Shown: one piece after another, positions 56,401 to 64,000 of the stretch
Position numbering within the stretch: the first letter of the stretch is position 1
Layout: each line of letters begins with the position of its first letter
Assembly (NCBI RefSeq): GCF_009914755.1
Contig: NC_060948.1
From: the human T2T-CHM13v2.0 reference genome, Homo sapiens
Strand: one strand, 5' to 3'
DNA length: 64,000 bases
The notes under the pieces: generated by a model
What the model saw: the letters and a program-made list of their open reading frames with translations, nothing else
Database searches by the model: none
Told to the model about the DNA's origin: nothing
Translations under genes and position numbers: made by a program

Positions 56401-59400
56401 CGAATGTAATGCAATCCAATAGAATGGAATCGAATGGAATGGAATATAAAGAAATGGAATCGACGAGAATGGAAACAGATGGAATGGAACTGAAAGGAAT
56501 GGAATTGAATGGAATGGGCACGAATGGAATGAAATTGTATGGAATAGAAGAGAATAGAATGGAATGCAATGGATAAGAAAGGAATGGATTGGAATGGAAG
56601 GGAATGTAGTGTAATGGACTGGCATGGAATAAACTGGAATGCTACGGTCTCAAATGGAATAAAAATGTATGGAATGGAATGCCATGAAACGGAATCGAAT
56701 GTCATAGAATGTAATGGAATGCAAAAAAATGGACTCCAAAATCATTGACTGGAAAGGCTGGGTGTCGAAAGGAATTGACTCCAATGGAATGGAATCGAAT
56801 GGAATGGAAGTGAATAGAATCGAACTAAATCGAATGGAATGGAATTGATAGGAACGGAATGGAAAGGAATGGAATGATTTGGCATGGAATGGAATCGAAT
56901 GGACTCGAATGGAATGGAATGGAATGCAATGCAATGGAATGTATTAGAATGTAGTGAACTTTAATGGAATGAACTCGAATGGATTCGACTGGAATGGAAT
57001 GTTATGGAAGTGAATGGACTCCAATGGAATGGATTCAAATGGAATGGAATCGAAGGGAATGGAATCTAATGGAATGGAATGAAATGGAAAGGAATCAAAT
57101 CGAATAGCACGGAATTGAACTGAATGGAATCGAATGCAATGGAATCTAATGAAACGGAAAGGAAAGGAATGGAATGGCATGGAATGGGCTGGAATGGAAT
57201 GGAATCGAAACGAATGGAATGGAATCGAACTGAAGAGACTGGAATGGAATGCACTGGCATGGAAGGGAGTTTAATGGAAGGTTCTCGAAAAGACTGGAAT
57301 CGAATGGAATGGAATTGAATGGAACGGATATAGAGTCAAATGGAATTGAATGGAATGGAATGGAGTAGAGTGAAATGGAATCGAGTCACAAGGAATGGAC
57401 AGGAATAGAACGGTCTCGAATTGAATGGAATCGTATGGAATGGAATTCAACGGAATGGAATGGACAGCCACGGAATGGAATGCACTCGAATGCAATGGAC
57501 TCGAAACTAATGGACTGGAATCGAATGGACTCGACTGGTACGGACTCCAATGGAATGGAATCGAATGGAATGGAATCGAACGGAATGAACTCGAAGTGAA
57601 AAGAGTGCAATGGAAAGGTCTCGAATGGAATGGAAATTAATGGAATGGAATGGAATCGAATGAAATGGAGTCAAAAGGAATGGAATCGAATGGCAAGAAA
57701 TCGAATGTAATGGAATCACAAGGAATGGATGTGAACGGAACGGAATGGAATGGAATCAAAAGGAATGGAATCGAATGGAATGGACTCGAATGGAAATGAC
57801 TCGAATAGAATGGAATTCAACAAAATAGAATCAAATGTAATGGAATGGAATGGAAAGGAATCGAAACGACAGGAATGGAGACAGATGGAATGGAATGGAA
57901 CAGAGAGCAATGGTATAGAATGGAATGGAATCATATGGAATGGAATTGAATGGAATGGAATAATATGAAATGGAATGGAAAGGAATGGAATGCACTTGAA
58001 TTAAATGGACTGGAATGGAATGGACTCGAACGGAGTGGAATGGAAAGGATTGAAATAGAATGGAATGGACTCCTTTGGAATGGTCTAGTATGCAATGCAA
58101 ACGACTGGCAGGGAATCAAAAGAGATGTAATCGAATGGATTGGACTGGAATACAATGGACTCGAATACGTTGAAAACGGAATGCAATGGAATGGAATGGA
58201 ATAGTATGGAATGGAACGGAAAGGAATGAAGTAGAATGGACTAGAGTGGAATGGAATGGACTCGAAAGCAATGGACTGGAATGGAACGATCTTGAATGGA
58301 CCGGAATCAAACGGAACGGAATGCAATGCAAGGCAATGAAATGGAATGGAATAAAAGAGAATGAAAGAGAATCAAATGCAATTGAATCGAATGGAATCGA
58401 ATGGATTGGAAATGAATAGAATGGAATGGAATGGAATTGACTCAAATGGAATGGACTAGAATGGAATGGAGTCGAATGGAAGGCAAAGGAATGGAATCTA
58501 TTGGAATGGACTGTAATGGAATGGCATGGAAGGGATTGGAATGGACTCGAATGGAAAGGACTGCAATAGAAAGGATTCGAATGGAATGAAAAAGAATTGA
58601 ATGGAACAGAACAGAATGGAATCAAATCGAATGAAATGGAATGGAATAGAAAGGAATGGAATGAAATGGAATGGAAAGGATTCAAATGGAATGCAATCGA
58701 ATGGAATGCAATCGAATGGAATGGAATCGAACGGAATGGAATAAAATGGAAGGAAACTGGCAAGAAATGGAATCGAAATGAATGGAGTGTTATGGAACGG
58801 ACTCCAAAGGAATTGAATGTAATAGAATGGAGTGGAGTGGACTCGAATATAATGGACTGGAATGGAATGGAATCACATGGAATGGGAACGAATGGAATGG
58901 AATGGAAAGGAATGGAATCGAATGGAAAGGAATCAAATGGAAGGGAATGAAATTGAATCAACAGGAATGGAAGGGAATAGAATAGACTGTAATGGAATGG
59001 ACTCGAATAGAATGGACACGAATGCTCAAATTGGATGGACTCGAATGGAATGGAAACGAAAGGAATGTCATCGAATGGAATTGAATCGATTGGAATGAAA
59101 TGGCATAGAATGGAGTGGAATCAAATGGAATTGAATCGAAAGGAAAGGAAGCGAATGGACTGAAATGAAATGGAATGGAATTGAATGGAAAGTAATGCAA
59201 TGGAATAGAATGGAACGAAATTTCACGGAATGGAATCAAACAGAATGGAATCAAATCAATGGAATATAATCAAATGGAATGGAATGGAATGGAAAGGAAT
59301 TGAATGGAATAGATTGGATAGGAAGGGATTGGAATGCAATGGAATGGAAAGGACTCGAATTTCATGAAACGGAATGGAATGAATTGGAATGGAATGGACT

Positions 59401-60478
59401 CGAATGGAATGGAATGTCATGGAATGGCATCAAATGGAATGGAATCAAATGGAATGGCATCGAATGCAATGGAATGTTATGGAATGGAATGGAATGTATT
59501 GGAATGGAATGTCCTCTAATGGAATGGATTCGAGTGGAATGGAATCGAATATAATGGAGTCGAATGAAATGGAATTGAAAGGAATGGGATCGAATAGAAT
59601 GGAATATACTGGAATGTAATGTAATGAAGTCGAATGTAATTGACTGGAATGGAATGTACATGAATGGAATGTAATCGAATGGAAAGTAATCCAATGAAAT
59701 AGAATCTAATGCAATAAAACCGACTCAAATGGAATAGAATGTAATGGAATGGAGTGCAGTGCAATGGAATGGAATGGAATGGAATGCAATGGAGTGGAAT
59801 GGAATGGAATGGGATGGAATGGTATGGAATGGATAGTAAAGGACTGGAGTGAAATGGACTGTAAAGGAATGGACTCCAATTGAAAGGGCTCGAAAGGAAT
59901 GGAGTCAAATGGAATGGTCTGGAATGGAATGAACTCGAATGTAATGCAATCCAATAGAATGGAATCGAATGGAATGGAATATAAAGAAATGGAATCGACG
60001 AGAATGGAAACAGATGGAATGGAATTGAAAGGAATGGAATTGAATGGAATGGGCATGAATGGAATGAAATTGTATGGAATAGAAGAGAATAGAATGGAAT
60101 GCAATGGATAAGAAAGGAATGGATTGGAATGGAAGGGAATGTAGTGTAATGGACTGGCATGGAATAAACTACAATGCTACGGACTCAAATGGAATAAAAA
60201 TGTATGGAATGGAATGCCATGAAACGGAATCGAATGTCATAGAATGTAATGGAATGCAAAAAAATGGACTCCAAAATCATTGACTGGAAAGGCTGGGTGT
60301 CGAAAGGAATTGACTCCAATGGAATGGAATCGAATGGAATGGAAGTGAATAGAATCGAACTAAATCGAATGGAATGGAATTGATAGGAACGGAATGGAAA
60401 GGAATGGAATGATTTGGCATGGAATGGAATCGAATGGACTCGAATGGAATGGAATGGAATGCAATGCAATGGAATGTA
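53410..60478 (+). repeat. Diverged B-like (U16 53410-56943, 3534 bp) and C-like (U17 56944-60478, 3535 bp) units
   Basis: U16 has B markers TCCAATCGAA, TTGAATTGAA, GGTATGG, GGATTGGAATGGAATCAC and CAACCGG. U17 ends with C markers GGGCATGAAT and CAATGCTACGGACTC. Confidence 0.85.
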
Positions 60479-61816
60479 TTAGAATGTAGTGAACTTTAAT
60501 GGAATGAACTCGAATGGATTCGACTGGAATGGAATGTTCTGGAAGTGAATGGACTCCAATGGAATGGATTCAAAAGGAATGGAATCGAAGGGAATGGAAT
60601 CTAATGGAATGGAATGAAATGGAAAGGAATCAAATCGAATAGCACGGAATTGAACTGAATGGAATAGAATGCAATGGAATCTAATGAAACGGAAAGGAAA
60701 GGAATGGAATGGCATGGAATGGGCTGGAATGGAATGGAATCGAAACGAATGGAAAGGAATCGAACTGAAGAGACTGGAATGGAATGCACTGGCATGGAAG
60801 GGAGTTTAATGGAAGGTTCTCGAAAAGACTGGAATCGAATGGAATGGAATTGAATGGAACGGATATAGAGTCAAATGGAATTGAATGGAATGGAATGGAG
60901 TAGAGTGAAATGGAATCGAGTCACAAGGAATGGACAGGAATAGAACGGTCTCGAATTGAATGGAATCGTATGGAATGGAATTCAACGGAATGGAATGGAC
61001 AGCCACGGAATGGAATGCACTCGAATGCAATGGACTCGAAACTAATGGACTGGAATCGAATGGACTCGACTGGTACGGACTCCAATGGAATGGAATCGAA
61101 TGGAATGGAATCGAACGGAATGGACTCGAAGTGAAAAGAGTGCAATGGAAAGGTCTCGAATGGAATGGAAATTAATGGAATGGAATGGAATCGAATGAAA
61201 TGGAGTCAAAAGGAATGGAATCGAATGGCAAGAAATCGAATGTAATGGAATCACAAGGAATGGATGTTAACGGAACGGAATGGAATGGAATCAAAAGGAA
61301 TGGAATCGAATGGAATGGACTCGAATGGAAATGACTCGAATAGAATGGAATTCAACAAAATAGAATCAAATGTAATGGAATGGAATGGAAAGGAATCGAA
61401 ACGAAAGGAATGGAGACAGACGGAATGGAATGGAACAGAGAACAATGGAATATAATGGAATGGAATCATATGGAATGGAATTGAATGGAATGGAATAATA
61501 TAAAATGAAATGGAAAGGAATGGAATGCACTTGAATTAAATGGACTGGAATGGAATGGACTCGAACGGAGTGGAATGGAAAGGATTGAAATAGAATGGAA
61601 TGGACTCCTTTGGAATGGTCTAGTATGCAATGCAAACGACTGGCAGGGAATCAAAAGGAATGTAATCGAATGGATTGGCCTGGAATCAATGGACTCGAAT
61701 AGATTGGAAACGGAATGCAAAGGAATGGAATGGAATAGTGCGGAATGGAATGGAAAGGAATGGAGTGGAATAGACTAGAGAGGAATGGAATGGACTCTAA
61801 AGCAATGGACTGGAAT

Positions 61817-61831
61817 GGAACTTTCTTGAAT
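61817..61831. promoter_or_regulatory. Third perfect heat-shock element motif, specific to divergent unit U18 (gGAAc tTTCt tGAAt)
   Basis: GGAACTTTCTTGAAT here, versus GGAACGATCTTGAAT at the homologous site in the other units (e.g. 1744-1758). Confidence 0.5.
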
Positions 61832-63600
61832 GGACTGGAATCAAACGGAATGGAATGCAATGCAATCAAATGGCATGGAATAAAATAGAATGAAAGAGAA
61901 TCAAATGGGATTGAATCGAATGGAATCGAATGGATTGGAAAGGAATAGAATGGAATGGAATGGAACTGACTCAAATGGAATGGACTAGAATGGAATGGAG
62001 TCGAATGGAAGGCAAAGGAATAGAATCTATTGGAATGGACTGTAATGGAATGGAATGGAAAGGATTGGAATGGACTCGAATGGAATGGACTGCAATAGAA
62101 AGGATTCGAATGGAATGAAAAAGAATTGAATGGAATAGAACAGAATGGAGTCAAATCGAATGTAACGGAATGGAATTGAAAGGAATGGAAAGAAATGGAA
62201 TGGAAAGGATTCGAATGGAATGCAATCGAAGGGAATGCAATCGAATGGAATGGAATCGAACGGAATGGAATAAAATGGAAGAAAACTGGCAAGAAATGGA
62301 ATCGAAATAAATGGAGTGTTATGGAACGGACTCAAAAGGAATTGAATGTAATAGAATGGAGTGGAGTGGACTCGAATATAATGGACTGGAATGGAATGGA
62401 ATCACATGGAATGGGAACGAATGGAATGGAATGGAAAGGAATGGAATCGAATGGAAAGGAATCGAATGGAAGGTAATGAAATTGAATCAACAGGAATGGA
62501 AGGGAATAGAATAGACTGTAATGGAATGGACTCGAATAGAATGGACACGAATGCTCAAATTGAATGGACTCGTATAGAATGGAAACGAAAGGAATGTCAT
62601 CGAATGGAATTGAATGGATTGGAATGAAATCGCATAGAATGGAGTGGAATCTAATGGAATTGAATTGAAAGTAAAGGAAGCGAATGGACTGAAATGAAAT
62701 GGAATGGAATTGAATGGAAAGTAATGCAATGGAATGGAATGGAACGAAATTTCACGGAATGGAATCAAACAGAATGGAATCAAATCAATGGAATATAATC
62801 AAATGGAATGGATAGGAATTGAATGGAATAGATTGGATTGGAAGGGATTGGAATGCAATGGAATGGGAAGTACTCGAATTTAATGAAACGGAATGGAATG
62901 GACTCGAATGGAATGGAATGTCATGGAATGGCATCAAATGGAATGGCATCAAATGGAATGGAATCGAATGCAATGGAATGTTATGGAATGGAATGGGATG
63001 CATTGGAATGAAATGTCCTCTAATGGAATGGATTCGAGTGGTATGGAATCTAATATAATGGAGTCGAATGAAATGGAATTGAAAGGAATGGGATCGAATA
63101 GAATGGAATATACTGGAATGTAATGTAATGAAGTCGAATGTAATTGACTGGAATTGAATGTACGTGAATGGAATGTAATCGAATGGAAAGTAATCCAATG
63201 GAATAGAATCTAATGCAATAAAATCGACTCGAATGGAATAGAATGTAATGGAATGGAATGCAGTGCAGTGGAACGGAATGGAATGGAATGCAATGGAGTG
63301 GAATGGAATGGAATGGAATGGGATGGAATGGTTTGGAATGGATAGTAATGGACTGGAGTGAAATGGACTGGAAAGGAATGGACTCAAATTGAAAGGGCTC
63401 GAAAGGAATGGAGTCAAATGGAATGATCTGAAATGGAATGAACTCGAATGTAATACAATCCAATAGAATGGAAACAAATGGAATGGAATTGAATGGAATG
63501 GAATTGAATGGAATGGGAACGAATGGAGTGAAATTGTATGGAATAGAAGAGAATAGAATGGAATGCAAGGGAAAGGAAAGGAATGGATTGGAATGGAATG

Positions 63601-63643
63601 GAATTCATTGGAATGGAAGGGAATGTAGTGTAATGGACAGGCC
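63601..63643 (+). other. Canonical DYZ1 landmark: EcoRI site (63601-63606) and HaeIII site (63640-63643)
   Basis: GAATTC and GGCC are read directly. Homologous positions in U0-U17 lack both (20 bp shorter, and GGACTGGCATGG instead of GGACAGGCCTGG). Confidence 0.8.
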
Positions 63644-64000
63644 TGGAATAAACTGGAATGCTACGGTCTCGAATGGAATAAAAATGTATGGAATGGAATG
63701 CAATGAAACGGAATCGAATGTCATAGAATGTAATGGAATGCAAAAAAATGGACTCCAAAATCATTGACTGGAAAGGCTGGGTGTCGAAAGGAATTGACTC
63801 CAATGGAATGGAATCGAATGGAATGGAAGTGAATAGAATCGAACTAAATCGAATGGAATGGAATTGATAGGAACGGAATGGAAAGGAATGGAATGATTTG
63901 GCATGGAATGGAATCGAATGGCATCGAATGGAATGGAATGGAATGCAATGGAATGGAATGTATTAGAATGTAATGAACTTTAATGGGATGTACTCGAATG

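Larger units (their letters stand above)
60479..63962 (+). repeat. Chimeric unit U18 (3484 bp): D-like 5' part, divergent canonical-like 3' part
   Basis: D markers run to GGCC at 61677. From ~61700 there are dense substitutions. Indels of -1, -5, -10, -15, +5, -45 and +20 sum to the observed -51 versus 3535. Confidence 0.88.
1..64000 (+). repeat. DYZ1: Human satellite 3 (GGAAT)n array with ~3.5-kb unit, DYZ1-type (Yq12 heterochromatin)
   Basis: Continuous degenerate GGAAT pentamers (CGAAT, GGACT, TGAAT, CAAAT variants). Unique landmarks such as GGCTGGGTGTCG, GGACAGCCACGG and CTGGCAGGG recur every 3534-3535 bp. The last unit contains GAATTCATTGGAATGGAAGGGAATGTAGTGTAATGGACAGGCC, which matches my recollection of the EcoRI/HaeIII end of the published ~3.56-kb DYZ1 unit (from memory, not a database search). 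Confidence 0.93.

Noticed and set aside
405-63803. Hundreds of ORFs on both strands (MEWNG.. and FHSIP.. repeats)
   Set aside because: (GGAAT)n has no stop codon in any frame on either strand and translates to exactly these 5-residue cycles. There is no domain, and indels shift frames freely between copies.
1-64000. CRISPR-like or repeat-spacer array, or telomeric repeat
   Set aside because: There are no unique spacers and no associated genes, and the basic unit is GGAAT rather than TTAGGG.
1-64000. DYZ2/HSat1B block, Alu/L1 insertion, inversion, or HSat2 assignment
   Set aside because: No AT-rich or non-pentamer segment or strand switch was seen, and the CATCATCGA/GATGAT signature of HSat2 was not seen.

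Overview
The whole 64 kb is non-coding tandem satellite DNA: a degenerate (GGAAT)n pentamer array (human satellite 3 type) organised into ~3.5-kb units, most consistent with DYZ1 of the human Yq12 heterochromatin. The G-rich strand is on + throughout, and I saw no inversion, transposon, DYZ2/Alu block or gene. All ORFs in the track are translation artefacts of the pentamer. Using the anchor TTAGAATGTAGTGAAC at 405 there are 18 full units (U1-U18): 3535, 3534 (alternating over U1-U10), then 3535 x4, 3520, 3534, 3535, 3484 bp. Diagnostic variants reveal nested higher-order structure (5 bp > 3.5 kb > 7,069 bp > 14,138 bp), in the order A-B-C-D-A-B-C-D-A-D-A-E-E, followed by older diverged units. 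They also show a mappable 7-kb duplication breakpoint, probable conversion tracts, and an abrupt switch at ~61.7 kb to a canonical-like DYZ1 unit. The most function-relevant signal is two perfect heat-shock elements (nGAAnnTTCnnGAAn) at fixed positions in almost every unit. I found no new protein-coding system. All unit comparisons were made by eye, so variant counts are minima.
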